Shown: one piece after another, positions 25,201 to 39,521 of the stretch
Layout of the letters: the number at the start of each line of letters is the position of its first letter
Numbering within the stretch: position 1 is the stretch's first letter
From: Botryllus schlosseri
Taxonomy: Eukaryota
Assembly: GCA_051294905.1 (NCBI GenBank)
Contig: CM119372.1
Location: forward strand, 3,536,001 to 3,600,000
Length of the DNA: 64,000 bases
Direction: 5' to 3'
Program-made: the position numbers and the translations under genes
The notes under the pieces: model-generated
The model's database searches: none
Seen by the model: the letters and a program-made list of their open reading frames with translations, nothing else
Told to the model about the DNA's origin: nothing

Positions 25201-27548
25201 ATGTCTGAAAAAAAAGAAAATCGTCATCTAGTGCAGCAGTACCGAAGAAAACTAGAAGAACACGATCGCAGACACAGCATTTCTTCGTTGGGCCATCTGA
25301 GGAAGCCATTACGGGATCGAAGTTGCCCACTCTGAGGCAAGTTATGCAATATGTGCTACACCTGAGAGAGCATTCATTTTTGAAAAATGAACCAGTCAAG
25401 TCACACATCCAGATCGCAGTAGATGAAGTGATCGGTTTTTGGTTACTTGCTGGCATAAAGACTATCACAAAAGTCAATGCCACTAAAAGATTGGAAACAG
25501 TATGGAAACAATGGCTGTCACTAAAGAAAACTGCACGCCGGCAATATGTATCAAAAAAACAAAGCGACTTTGAAGCCAAACTGAGTAAGCTATGGGATAT
25601 AGGAGCCCCTGACGCGATAGCGACAATTGAAGCAAGTAGACTTCTTTCTGACGATAAAAAACGTGAAGACATAGCATTTTATCAGGATCAAAGGGGTCCG
25701 AGATTAGCAACGATCGGTGGCAAAGATAAAGTGTTGAAAGCGAAAATCATGCAACAAAAGAGACGGACCATGAGTGCAAGAGAATCTGCACCAGCATCAA
25801 GTAGCGAAGGTGAATTTACAGAGAGCTCATCTATATCTTCACAGGTAGCTGACACTTCTCACAGCACTGATTTTGAACTTGCACAGTCGACATCTGGTCA
25901 TTCCGCTAAATTTGTGACTCTAAAAGCTCCTGTAAAGCTATTCAGCGACGAAGACGTATGCCAGGTTTTTGATCGCTTGAAAGTCAGTGATAATGCCACT
26001 ACCATGATAACTGCAGTTCACTGATTAAAGCTTGCGATGGCAACCCTAATGACTTCCATCTTTCAAGATCTGGGACCTATCGACGACGCATTGCAAATCG
26101 TTTGAAAATTTCCGAATCTATCTTTTGAAAAAATATCCACCAATCCACCAGAGCACATTGCATTTGCACTAGGATGAAAAGCTCACTAAGAGTCGTCTAG
26201 GATATCAATTTGAGGCCTTGGCAGTGCTCGCATCGTCTGCGTATTCCTGCGCAATTAAGAAAGGGAAACTTCTTGGCATTCAAACTCTGGAAAGTGCTAC
26301 AGGAAAAGCACAGGCTGATGCATCATTTGAACTGCTGGAACTTTGGAATTCAACAAAATCTGTTAGAGCTCTTGTGTTCGACACAACATCCTCAAACACT
26401 GGTAAAAACAAAGGTGCGGTTTCGTTACTTGAAGAATTGATTAACAGGAAAGTTTTCTACAATGCCTGTCGCCATCATATTTATGAACTGGTCATTCGAG
26501 AGGTTTGGAAGTGTTTGTTTGGATCGACAACCACAGGCCCTGAAAACACGGATTTTAATACCTTCAAGAAGAAGTGGAAACATATTGATAAATCAAGAAG
26601 CTATAAAACGCTGAAGTTTATTGAAGGCAGCTGGTTGGCGATGAAAGCTGATGAAGCAAAGCAAGAAATAATTCCACTGATGAAACCCATGATGGAAAGC
26701 AGAAAGAAGTCTTGATAAGAGATGACTACAGAGAATGTGCAACAGGCACCTTGGCGATTTTGGATGACAAATATGTTGATCATCGTTTTCGCAAGCTTGG
26801 TGCTACTCATAACGCTAGATGGATGAGTCAAGTCCTGTACTGTCAAAAAATGTTCATGTGGAGTGAGCAAATGGACTATTCTGAAGAGTGCATTGAAAAG
26901 TTGGAACGAATCAATACATTCATTGATTTGTTTTATGTTCCAGCTTGGTTGAAAACTGGTATTGCATGTGACTCACCTTGGAATGATCTCAAATTCCTTC
27001 ATGACATGAAAAACTTTTCATTATGCGATCTCACTGTTGCTGATGTGGCATACAAGAAATTGCGAAAACATCATTGCTATCTAACTGAGGAAATGGTGGT
27101 ATTTACCATGTTCTCGGCTAATCCAAAAATTCCTGACAACCTGAAGGAAGCGATGGCTGCTAAATTGCTGAAAATACCAATCCCTGAAAAATTTCGCAGA
27201 GGTATGCCTCTCAGTCTAATCTCTGACTCTGTCTCTGAGTCAATGAGTATGGTCGATTTGATTGGGCCAGAATCGTGGTTTCTATTTGATGCTATACATG
27301 TGGAACATGATTGGTTGAGTCTTCCAGTTTCGGAATGGCATACTGATCCGGATTTCGTGACTGCTCAAGAATTTGTGAATACTGTTGAAGTAGTTAATGA
27401 TGCAGCAGAGCGTATGGTAAAATTGAATACCGACTATGCTGCGTTCATAACGGATGACAAAAAACAGCGAGCGAGCCTCCTACAAGCTGTGGAAGATCAC
27501 CGGAACAGATATGCAGATTTCTCGAAAGCAACCATTTCATCCACCTGA
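25201..27548 (+). pseudogene. hATm-type DDE transposase with frameshifts and stops
   Basis: LPTLRQV, KLWDI, FYQDQRGPR, FDTTSSNTG, ACRHHIYEL, HNARWM, VVNDAAER motifs across ORFs 25323, 26218 and 26712. Confidence 0.85.
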
Positions 27549-28166
27549 TTTATGTAATATTTTGCCAAGTTGATCTCTTTCTTTGCCTTATTTTTTCGTT
27601 TCCTGTGATGTTTAATATGTGGCTGTGAGTGGATGTTACATTTACAGTTGTATTCTTGCACATGGGGATCCAGGAAATTGATGAACAGTGCCGGGTAGTT
27701 TTGAGGGGTGTAGGATATGTGATCCAACAAAATGACTATCAGTTTTAGGTAGTTTTGAGCAGTTCTAAGGCAGTGTGGGACATGGAAATGATATCCTGAA
27801 CTAGGAATGCCTTATATAGTTGGGTTAGCACTCCAAACCGCAACAGCTGCATAAATCCATGTTATGTGTCACTTTAACTAGGCTTGGTAAAATCGCGACA
27901 CTCAGATTTTAGGGGAATCCCCTATTTTCAGCTGCTATTCTTCCAGCTCAATGTGCACACGGATGCAGGGGATGAATTACAAAAAAAAGTTACCAGAATT
28001 TGTTTTTAAGGTATAAGGCATGGGAAACGGACTGAAAACCTAGACTTTTTGAAAGTCGGTCAATTCTGAACAACCCTAAATATACAATGATTGGAAACTA
28101 CCGTGAGCTCTGCGTTTCAGCGTGTACCAGGTCACGCTTCATCGCATACACAGTTGTGCTGTAAAC

Positions 28167-28750
28167 TATAGATAACTAACCTACGGATAGATATACAACA
28201 CCGTCGTCACGCTTGCTTGCCCGGAGCAAAATACTGCTCAACAATCTGAACGCAACGTAATTGCCAATCCCATTGCTGACGACCCGAGCGCTCAAATTAA
28301 ATAAAGTTGGTCTTATTTGAAAGCTACTGTCGCACTGATTCTGAATATGTACAATTGTACATTACAGTCTCATCAGGACGATGGAACCGCCTCGAAATAC
28401 ACCGCAAAGTTGAAAAATCGGCATTGTTCTGAACAATCGCAACCATGCAAGGGGCATTGTTATGACCATTGTGGTGCGTCGCTGCGATTGTTTAGAACAA
28501 TGCCGATTTTCAGACTTTGCGGTGTATTTCGAGGCGGTTCCATCGTCCTGATCTGATTTTAATGTATATTTTCGGAATCAGTGCGACAGTAGCTTTCAAA
28601 TAAGACCAACTTTATTTAATTTGAGCGCTCGGGTCGTCAGCTGTGGGATTGGCAATTACGTTGCGTTCAGATTGTTGAGCAGTATTTTGCTCCGAGCAAG
28701 CAAGCGTGACGACGGGTGTTGTATATCTATCCGTAGGTTAGTTATCTATA
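28167..28750. mobile_element. Palindromic MITE with arms of about 185 bp
   Basis: TATAGATAACTAACCTACGG...CCGTAGGTTAGTTATCTATA; an isolated end also occurs at 42328-42348. Confidence 0.8.
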
Positions 28751-31700
28751 TGTAAACAAAAGCTTCCTCAGCAATACTTCTTTATGGAACTAGCAATGCT
28801 ATATGATACATTGGGTATATTCATCAGTGAAATACAACGTTAACGTGTTGAATAGTTTTAGAAACGCATTTCTTACTCGCGGCTGGGATTTTTTTCTGAT
28901 TAAGATAGCGAACTACTGCCATATAAACGCGGTCAAGTTAGGTTGAATTTCGCGCGTCATGCACGTATTGCAAATCCAATTCACACATTGACGACTCACG
29001 GTTATACGCAATCACAACGCAGTAGCCTTGTGACGGCCAACGCGGCGTACATTCACACAGCCGCGGACGTTCAACCACTGTTGCAAGTGACACAACCTTC
29101 ATTCCAAATTGAGGTGCCACTTTTCCATCATATTGATACATCAATAACATCATATATAAATAAATATCAAGTGGAGGTAGTTTTTAGAGAAGTAATTCTA
29201 GTTTTTCCGAGTACTCGGGTAGGTTTGCCTACTTCCTCGGGTAATTGCTGTGCTTCCATACCGCTTACCAAACAACAGCATCACAACTTGGTGTTTGCCA
29301 GGGTTATCTAGATATCCCTGGGTTTTGAATGTATTTGAAAATAGCACCCACATATTCATTGGATGGTCATTTTGTGGTAGTCATAAAAGCTTCACCCTCC
29401 AATTTCAAAAGTGACTATTTCCAACTAACTGCGTACGTCACAGATTTCTATTTTCGCTACTTCTATTTGAACCTGAGTAAATCATTGCAGCAATACTTCG
29501 GTAGCAACGCTGTATACTTCAATCTTCTCTGACAAAACGTCACCTATCCATGATCATTCCACAAAATCCAGGTCGACTTTTCAGGATCCCATCATGTTAT
29601 GCAAAGAAATGAGGAATGATAAAACAAGATACATATACTTCACAGATGTAACATTTACGAATGCAGTATTGAATTTTCAAATCCCTAATTCATGCGTTTA
29701 TAAACAAAATGATGCATGCATTTGAAAAACAAACATTATTATGCAACGGTACAGAAATAGATCGATGCAAAAGTAACAATGTGGACAACAAAATCAGTTT
29801 ATGTGTGATCTTTTAAGCAATAACAGTGCTAGATATCAATTTTTGTCATCTTCAACTTGGGAAAATTTCCTTCAAAAATGCAATAGTACACTCGCTTTCG
29901 TTAGCTCAAAAGTGGCCAATTACGACCTGAATGATGCCTTATCTACTCGTGATGAAATCTCCTGCCTTGTTTAGATGTTAGCTTGCTCTTGCCCGAATCA
30001 TTGGTAGGAAGGGGAACATTTTCTGTAACTGTATATGATATCAAGGTTAAAAGAGCCAGGAGAAGATAACGATGAATTGAATACTAAAACCTTCAATAAA
30101 TGTCAGTATGTCCACACACGTTGGGGGAGGAACTGTAAGCATTTCCCCTGAACCTACATATGACATTCCTTTAGTGCGTGATAATACCAGCATATTTTGA
30201 ATATTTTGAACTATAATTGTCACAGATGTGATTCCCTGGCAAACACAGACTATTCCAGCAATAGTGGTTTTCCCGCATCAATCGATCTGATGGCAGTTCC
30301 AGACTGGGAACGAATTGCACATTTTTCAATATCCTTCAACTCCTTGTAGTATGCAGCCCGTTCTTACTTGCTCCCAGTTGGAGGCGGTGGCTGCGTGTTT
30401 CATACGAGCACTCTTTTCTGGTAAATTCAAGGTTGGAATTGTTCAATATACGCCCTGTCAACAACTACATTATAAGACATTAGATACGAAACTCGTTTTG
30501 TCAGTTTTGCCAGTCAACCATACCATTGGATCAAAATAAATAGTCATGGTAACAAGTAACTTCTCAACTAACACGTGTGCTGTTTACAATGTACACATTT
30601 AGACAAATCTTGCCGGCTTTCCTGCGAGCTTCTTTCAGGCCCAATATCGTTTTTTAACAATAATCTACACACAAGAAGTCATGGATACGCAGTATTTCAA
30701 ACATTTTCCGAATTTTGAACAACCCTAGTGTACATGTAAAATCTGTGCAAATATATTCCAGTATAAGATTTGTACAGAGGGGTGTTATATTGCTTGAAAA
30801 ATAACTTACATCAAGCGGAACATCATGCTGACTACCGGACACCAGTATTATTGCTGCATTATTTCACTCATGCACTTTGTTCTTCGAAATGCCAATTTTC
30901 CTTTTCAATGATGATTTAAGAGAAGCGAAGAGGTTCCATTCCCCTGACCCGGCAAAGAGTTATAAGTAGCCTGGTTGCTTTCTATTAGAATGGGTCTCAT
31001 CGACTTCTAAGGTTGGCCACCCACCAGCAATAAGATCACTCATATAAGTATCGGAATCAGTCATAAATTTTCAAGCTTTTTCCGCTCATATACAAATGCA
31101 AAAACAGAAACAGCTAGTCAGTACCTGAACATTGCGCATTGGCGGAAGTTTGATTAGACCTTAGTATGTAGTACTGTCTCACTATGCTCGCAAAACTTGT
31201 TTACAATCAACCAACAAACGAGAAAACAGTGAAATATCTGCCGGCAAAGGTGATAGCAGCACTCCACCACAGTCAACATTACTCAATGAAGTGTATGCAG
31301 TCAACCTTATCCGCGCACACGCTGATTTCGGCGGGAGTAAACCTTACAGCGTTAGGGGGCGTGGCAGTTTCCAATCATTGTATACATATCATTGATCAAC
31401 CCTACTCCTTTCAAGCACATGTAGCAAACGATATTTTTTTGTTCATGCGTCCATTTTATCATCGACCGACTAAACCAGTGATTCCTAACGTGAACGATAT
31501 CGCCTCACAGTGGATGATTTTGAGAAACAAGGGGGCGACTGGGGGTGGGTGTGGGGGGGGGGGCGAAAACGTTAGAACGTCCTGTGAGATATAATTAACG
31601 AAAACGACCAAAAAATACGCGTGAAGTCGGCTTATTCTGTATATGACACCAAAGTTGAATTAAAAAAGGTCTACTGGAATTCTTCATAGGTTCAGATTTC

Positions 31701-32212
31701 GTTAAAATAAAGTTTTTTCAGGCCAGACTACTTCGTAAGGACAGATAGTTCCAACCAGAAATGGAGATAAGTAGTACAATTCTAGCATTATGTGGGAATA
31801 CATCGAATTTACATACATGCGGTTAAAATTAAGTTTCTTAAGGTCAAAAAATGTAAAAATTGTGATTATTAGGTCGAAATCTTCCCTTTTTTAGGAAAAA
31901 AAATAACTCAACGGAAAATGGATGCGCCAGCGGTTCTCGGAGCACCCACTCGGAAAAATGATTTTATTTTCAGTCAAATCCCCGGCGACTTGAGTTAGAT
32001 ACATAAATTTCCCGTGTATATCGCCTCTTTTTTGGATCAGCAAATATCGGGATGGGGGCAAAAATTTGAGTCGAGCTTGAGAAGGTTGGGAACAACTGGA
32101 CATATCGATATCGCCTTTCGTCACTTGCCACCTGATTTCATCGCTTGCCACTTTATATTATCTTCTTTTACTTTTATTCAGTGTCCATGCATCCTCTTTA
32201 CATCGCCTATAG

Positions 32213-33430
32213 CAGGGGTTCTGAGCCGTTTTTTTTCCCGTGGCCCATTTTCCGGTTTGAAAATGTTCTATGGCCCACCTCTTATAGAGTCATAGTCCCG
32301 TCCAGGACGTGGTCATCACTGGCACCGATACTCCTATTTCTCTAAAATCTGCGCATTTTTCTCTTACTGATCATTACAAATCTAGATCTTCAAAGTAATG
32401 AAATCGCGCCAAGCGCGACGAAAACTTTCAAATTGAATAAATCTGCTCCAACAAACAATAACGACCAAAGAGATTTGGGCCCTTTTGAGCTCCCTCCAAT
32501 TGGGAGTTTTAGGAGCGGCAGATACGGTCCTGGTAGATCGTATAACTCTTGTGTACATCAATATGGCCGCTGTTCCACTCACGTCGCGAAACCCAGTAAT
32601 CGAATACCCACATCCGCTGTGTGATTGCGGTTTTACTTCCACAATGTTGCGGATTGGGGCTGGGCCAGCTTGAAACAATTCTTTGGTGGAAGGGGTACTG
32701 CACAGCACCGATGTGGAGAAAGAATATTTCAATGTTCAAGCTGTACAATGTACATATAGTATGTCCTGTATCTACTCAACTTTCGATGTCAGAACATTCA
32801 ATCCAATGGTATAATCATTTCACGTGACTCTTACATTATGTACATTGTACAATGATTTCAAGGCCGGAAATTTTAAACCGACTCCAAACAATAATGCACG
32901 TACTGCTCTAAATCCTCAATACATTACGATTCCTTGCGGTGGTGCCGTATAATTCGATAGGAAGATGAATTGATAATATTTTGCGATTATGGCTATTTTA
33001 ATATAACAATAATACGACCTGACAAAGGTAGGCCTACCATAAATCTACATGAAACACACTTCTGTCCGAGTTTAATGGACACCCCTTTCAACGGCATACG
33101 ACCCTGCTGGAATAGCCTACTTGGTCACTTCAGCACTAACTTCAAGTTAATTTATCATCGGAATTATTTTCGTTGCCGGAGCCGGTGGATAAAAGCCTCC
33201 GTTTCCCCTCCCATTTTTGACTTGTACATTGTGACTCCACACGTGCCATTACATCCCATCAGAGTCGGATGAAAAACTTAAGGTAGCCTACGTATAATGT
33301 TATAATATGAATATATTTTTGAGTGAATAACATAACAAATATACCCAAATTTTCGCTAGTTCTACAGTATTCCAACTAGCTCTGTGGCCAAACTCAAACG
33401 CTCCTGTGGCCCACCCTTTGAGAACCCCTG
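32213..33430. mobile_element. hAT Charlie-like non-autonomous element inserted in a LINE 3'UTR
   Basis: CAGGGGTTCT...GAGAACCCCTG; TSD GCCTATAG/GCTTATAG. Confidence 0.8.
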
Positions 33431-35084
33431 GCTTATAGGCTCAGGTGGGTGTCTAATCTTAACACTACTCCTCCTAGACGTTTCGGCATCTTCCTATCAT
33501 GCACTGTATTGCAGTCTTGTGATTTTTCGAGGTGATGAAATTTTATGAATAAACTTTAACTAAACGAAATGCAAAATAAAGAAATACGAATATGACAAAT
33601 GATGGCAAATTATTTGCTTGGCCGGAAGCCTTTCCCACAGTAGTAAATGTGGTATGCCGTTGATGTCCATGATGCATTCTGAATGAATAAAAAGAACATG
33701 CTTTAGAACAGGGGTCGCCAACTCAAATCGGCTCGCGGGCTACTTTTCAAAATTTGTAGAGGCCGCATGACTTCAATATCGAGATAGAAATAGGAACGCA
33801 ATTTAAGAGTCGCGTTTTGATAACTGGAAGTTGTAACGCGACAGTGGTCGAATATCATTCGTTTTTATGATATTTAGATTGGACTAGTCATTATTAATGT
33901 TATTTTCCTTCATATGCACCTTGCGCAACTTTGTTGTCTTCAAATAGATGTCGAACGGAGAATGTGATCAGTCATAATCGCAATTTGAGATATGAACATG
34001 AACAATTGGACAGTGAGCGGTTTTCTTAGGTATTCAATCAATTTGACAGATCGAAAGTAGGATCATTTTCATGATACTAGTACTACCGTCATAGTATGGA
34101 AAGAACATTCCATACCATACTTGGAAAATCTACATACCATAGCATGCCCTGCTTGACAGTGAGCACATCCTGCGTGTATCGTCCTATATTATTTGAAGAA
34201 CATTGTTACTGATGATTTGTCAGTCTAAAATGTTTTGTTCTGACTACGGACGATACTAACATGACACGAAAGCTGCGTTTGAAGAAAGCCTTTATGGAAT
34301 TAAAAGTGGCAATATTAACGTTCACGGAAATACGCTGGCATCCACTTTTCCAATGAAGACCGGTCCTGTTGCAAAACACATTTGTTCAAAAATTTAGAGT
34401 GGTTATGAGGTTGAAAATTCCATCAAAATATTTCCAGATGGCTGGTCCACGTGATCGTGAATTTCCTGACTAGTGCCTGTTGAGAAAAACATTTATTTCA
34501 AAATTTAGAGTGGTAATGTTTGTTATGAGTAGGGCTATCTTTTGGCCTAAAACGGAAGATTTTGACCAAATTTTGTGTTCTAAAAAACTTAATTTTGCCC
34601 TCATGTATGCAAATTGGGTGTTTTCACACACAAAGTTAAAATTGTACTACTTATCTTCATTTCTGGTTGGAATTGTCTGTCCTTACGAAGTAGTTTTTTA
34701 TATTTTACCAAAATCTGACCCTATAGCCGAGGCCAAGTCGGTGTCTGATTTCGAAGACTTCTCCAATTTGTTCCCTCACCTTCCTATCTTTCATTGTATC
34801 GCAGTCTTGTGGTGTATTGAAATGATAATTGTATAGCAATAAATTGAATTGAATGTCTATGATTCACAATGAGTAGACAATGAGCCGTCTACAACGGTAG
34901 GCCTATAAAGTAGACTACAAGCTGTATAACATCAAATGATAAGTTCACTGACAGTGCAAAATCTACGATACAAACCAAATGCAAAGGTCAAAAATTTTTT
35001 GACTTTGTAAATAGTTTTGTCACTTTTTTTACCTCGCGCTACAATTTAGACAAAATTTTGACTAATTTTGACATGTCAAAAAAT

Positions 35085-35470
35085 CGTACTAATTATGAGG
35101 TTAAAAATTCCATCCCAAAATTACCAGCTGGTTGGTTCACGTGATTGTTGGTTTCCTGGGTAGAAACTGTTAAGAAAAAAAGATTAATTTTAAAATTTAG
35201 GGTCGTTGTAAAGATAAAAATTCCACCATAAAATTACCAGCTGGTTGTTCCACGTTGACGTGGATTTCCTTGCTAGAGCCTGCTGAGGAAAAACATTTAA
35301 TTTAAAATTTAGGGTGGTTATGATTGTTATGAGGTTAAAAATGCCATCATAAAATTTACCAGCTGTTGGTTGTTCCACGTTGTCGTGGATTTCCTGGCTA
35401 GAGCATATTGAGAAAAACGTATATTTTGAAATTTAGGGTCGTTATGAAAATTTCATCGTAAAATGACCAG
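35085..35470. repeat. ~115-bp satellite-like tandem repeat
   Basis: Units AAAAATTCCATCATAAAATTACCAGCTG...CCACGT...GAAAAACATTTA...AATTTAGGG; also at 34370-34530 and 44430-46270. Confidence 0.8.
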
Positions 35471-35664
35471 GTACATCCTCTTATGATTATAATATATATC
35501 ATCATTATTCATTCATCTCATCAATTGTAAATTTTGATTGTGGGTATGGGGAGCAATATTATAAATAGCTTATCAGAGTTTGATCACACAAAATCACCAC
35601 ATAACGTCGACGAAATATCAATCAATCCATCAGCGGTTCTCTAATAATACACCATACATAAGAC

Positions 35665-36616
35665 CAGAGGTGGTCAAAGTAGTCAAGAAAGCTACTCAAG
35701 TAGAAGTAGCGACGAAAAAATCTACTCAAGTACGAGTAGAAGTACTTCTTTCACAAGCAACCTAAAACTACTTGAAGTAGAAATAGAATTGACCGACTTT
35801 AAATCTACTCAAGTAAGTAAGTAGTTTTGAAAAACGATCGTAATTCGTTCGCATGGGTTCTCAAAAGTAGCAAATTGAGCTATGCGAAGAGGTGTCGAGC
35901 TTAATTGATGCATACCACGAGGTATTCACTTTTCGACAGCATAAGCATTCGTCCGCATCATGGGATGAAAATAATGGTATTGATATGGAAATGCGATACT
36001 AATCCTATGTTTAATCGAACAGCACGTTTTAGAAATATCATGGTGTGGCGCACTCTCCCATATTAGTAGGCTCGTAGTTTAGTCGAAGAGCAATACGGAG
36101 AAGTTGTATAGGATACGGAGTAAACACTTTGCGCGATTAGTAAATGTGAATAAAAAATATGGTGGATCGTAAAAATGCAATATTGTGTAGCTTTATTTCC
36201 GGAAATTAAAGGCATTACTACACTTGCTTTTATACTTCAACATGTATGTTATCCGGACACAAAACTGATATCCTAAATTATATGCACCGAAACTTTCGTG
36301 AAATCACACCGGTTACTCCGTATCCGCTGATCGCGGAGCGCGATGAAAATTCTGGGCTTTACTCAACTTTTAGGAAAATTAAATGTTGATACTGTTTAAA
36401 AACAGCCCCGAAATTCCTCAGGCTATCTTCCTGATTGGAGGATTAAACTACTTCTACTTGACAAACTGAAAATAGCGAAAAGTAAGTAAGTAGATCACAA
36501 AAAATTACGAAGTAGAAGTAGCGAAAATCAGATCTACTTGAGTACGTACCAGAATTAGAGGAAAAGTACTTGAGTACTTCGAAAAAGTAGAAGTACTTCG
36601 TTACTGACCACCTCTG
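35665..36616. mobile_element. hAT non-autonomous element, AGTA-rich ends
   Basis: CAGAGGTGGTCA...TGACCACCTCTG; TSD CATAAGAC/CATATGAC; partial copy near 39755-40100. Confidence 0.82.
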
Positions 36617-36774
36617 CATATGACACAACACAAATGCGCGGCAGTCCGAATCCTGCGCTGCCGATTATAGGCGCAGAAGCCTGTCTATGGGGTTATCTAC
36701 GGATGCTAATCGTTGTAATTCATACGCGTGTTCCATAACTTTAATAACATAATAGCACGCTCCAGTCGAAGCCG

Positions 36775-36950
36775 AATGAAGATAGCTGACGAATAGTGTA
36801 GCAACAGCAACATCCAATTGATGAAGATAGCAGGCACGTAGTGCAGCAACAGCAACATACGAATTTATGAAGATAGCAGGCACGTAGTACAGCAACAGCA
36901 ACATACAACTTGATGAAGATAGCTGAGACTTAGCACAGCAACAGCAACAC
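36775..36950. repeat. Imperfect ~45-bp tandem repeat
   Basis: ATGAAGATAGC...AGCAACAGCAACA repeated four times. Confidence 0.7.
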
Positions 36951-37773
36951 ACGGCCGACGAACGTAACAGAATTGAGATTAACGTAAGCAAGGAACCAAA
37001 GTAAGTTAAGTAAGATTTACAATTAATTTTGCGTCAACGTAAATAACCAACAAATGGTGGTTCGCAGACGCTTTATATAGCGGTAAGAACAGCCTATCTG
37101 AAAAGGCTTGATTACAAATGATTACTAAAATCAGGATTAACAAATGAAATGCGCAAGCGCAAACAGTGAGGATGTGAAAACGACCAAGTAAAGTATATCA
37201 ACCTATAATTCATTTCGACCTAATGCAGGATGTAGCAGTGTTAGATCTTGATATCTAGCTTTGTTCTTCGCTGAGTACTTTCCCATTTTTTTTATTTAGT
37301 GAGGACTCTGTAACAACAGCGATGTAGGGAAGGATGATCGCAGATAAACCACCAAGGCTTTGACACGTGCCGACTGCTAACACAGAGAATCAAACCAAAT
37401 TCTCATATGACAATGTTCGAGGATATCTCATAAGATTCTTACAGGTTTGTGTGCTTGTGAAACGTGACGCATTCTTTCGACCGTTGCACCCCTGAAACAG
37501 CACAAAATCAAAATTACCAGCAGATAAAAACATGAAAAGGGTGATATTTCAGATTTATCAATATCTTCAGCAGTTCAAAACAGAACGAAAATGCATCATG
37601 TAGTAATCTTTCAATCAGTCATCTACGTTGGCCTAGAACAGATGTTCTCAAACGTTAGAGCGGATTTATTATACCATGTGGTAGCAATGATGTCAGAATG
37701 TTCCATGTTTTGATGTACTGTGCTTTAGTACTTATCAGTGCAGAGCTCAAATTATAGACCTGCAATCTATGAA

Positions 37774-37824
37774 TAGGCACCAGTCATTTCGATGGCGTGG
37801 GTTCGAATCCCACTGCTGCCACCA
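37774..37824 (+). pseudogene. tRNA-Leu 3' half with encoded CCA
   Basis: TAGGCACCAG-TCATTTCGATGG (variable arm)-CGTGGGTTCGAATCCCAC (T arm)-TGCTGCCA-CCA; 5' half absent. Confidence 0.75.
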
Positions 37825-38003
37825 TGTAGTATTATCACTGAGCTTCTAGCTGTCTACTTAGACAGATATCTTTACAAGTCGGACTCGAAGTGTATTCTCC
37901 TCAGACCACATGCTTGTCTGTCATCAAAACAATACGGAACCCTTCGCTATGTTCAATCAAGCATATCATAACACCGCACTGAATAGCCACTCAGGTGGTA
38001 AAC

Positions 38004-38620
38004 CAGTGGTTCCCAAAGTGGACGCCAGCGCCCCCTGGGGAACGCCGAGCGTGAAAGGGGTGCAGGTCATGAAATGATCGATAGGGGGGGTGCTAGCTAT
38101 AAAATGGGGCGGTAGGGAAGCGCTGAGATCAAATGCTGGCGGTGTAGGTTTAGAAGGCAACTGCTGCACAGTGTTGAAACGTTTCATGAATAAAACAGCA
38201 AAATATGTCAAATATATATAAAATCTACTCAGTCAAGGCAATTTATGGTCGATCCAGGAGTCAGTAAATTCAAGCAGTTGCACTGGATAAGTCCAATAGT
38301 ACTTGACAATGTTGATCATGCCCATTACTGAATTGATTCAGCAGTCGGCAGAATCACCAGAAAGTGCAGTTCATTGTGTGGTGGGAAATGTGATGTATAT
38401 GAACATTTATTGCTGCACAGCGAGGTGTATTGGCTTCGGAAAACTGCCTTCCACGATTTTACTCCGTTTCAAACGATCGCGGAATCGTCACACTGCTGCT
38501 ACCCAGGCCTTGGATACATTCTTCGGTTGGTTGCGAGAAAAGATATCGCTTATACTAGGTGGACATATTCTCCCAATTTTATGAGTCGAATGTGTCCGCT
38601 TTTGATAATGATGAAATCTG
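38004..38620 (+). mobile_element. Degenerate hAT Buster/Charlie element with transposase fragment
   Basis: CAGTGGTTCCCAAAGTG end; YEHLLLHSEVYWL resembles the LLLHxEVRWL motif. Confidence 0.6.
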
Positions 38621-39258
38621 AACAAGGTTAAAATGGCACTTTTTGGGTTGGGCAATAATCCCGAAATCGATCAACGAGATTCAATGAGACGTGAACTTTC
38701 CCAATTGCGAAGCTGGCCTGACCATGACACCGGTCCCGCTCTCCTATCGGATTTAGACTTACACTCTTAGCGAAAAGAGTGCGTATTTTCACCCGTGTCC
38801 CACCCTTGATATATGGGGTGAATATAACCCATGGCACTCGAAATCAGAGCATCGTCAGACTTATACCGCGGTATAAAACGAGTACAACATTTTGATCCAA
38901 TTTATGCATCTACATTAGGGGTATTCAAAAATGACTTTTTTTCTTAAATCAAACTGGCTACTTGATAAAATTGTTAGGCTACCTAATTTAAGCCTACACA
39001 CAAAGTTTGGTTCAATTCCAGCCAGTAGCCTAGCCGCATTGCTACAGGAGAAGAAAGTTTCGATTTATTATGTAAAAATTGAAAATTTTCTGTTCACCCC
39101 ATGAATGTGTGACGTTGTCCATATGAAAATGTTAAACAAATTTGGTTCAATTCCAACCAGTGGAAGCGGAGTTATTGCCGTCGAAAAATTTGGATTTGAA
39201 TAAAATAGTATTTACGGTGAGCACAACTATAATAAATAATTAAAGAATCTAGCTAGAC

Positions 39259-39338
39259 CAGGGGTGGGCAAACTTTTGAGCTCGCAGGCCGCACTCAGCA
39301 TCTGAATCCATCTGCGGGCCGTAGTTTGCCCACCCCTG
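39259..39338. mobile_element. 80-bp hAT Charlie mini-MITE
   Basis: CAGGGGTGGGCAAACT TIRs; perfect TSD AGCTAGAC. Confidence 0.9.
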
Positions 39339-39412
39339 AGCTAGACAGTTGGATGCAGCTGTGAGCAGTTGTAAACCAAAGATGAAAATTTCTACATAAT
39401 TTATGTACTTAC

Positions 39413-39521
39413 GGCCCTGCGTCGCTTCAAAATGATATCAGCCTTTCGCCACATTTCTGTAAAACCAACTTCGAACAGTTCGATGATTTCTCGATCCTCA
39501 GCAAATTCAGTTTCCTGGAAT
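39413..39521 (-). other. Orphan exon-like segment (FQETEFAEDREIIELFEVGFTEMWRKADIILKRRRA)
   Basis: ttctttag acceptor, gtaagt donor, open frame; product unrecognised. Confidence 0.4.

Larger units (their letters stand above)
22532..28078 (+). mobile_element. hATm-like DNA transposon, full length but degenerate
   Basis: Near-perfect TIRs of about 125 bp starting TAGGGTTGTTCAGAATTGACCG; flanks tatatacaa/aatatacaa; transposase inside. Confidence 0.85.

Noticed and set aside
29850..31100. Degenerate coding-like sequence on the minus strand (possible ISL2EU/YqaJ accessory ORF)
   Set aside because: Only vague similarity (PPPPT..E..YY..L) amid many stops; not supportable by eye.
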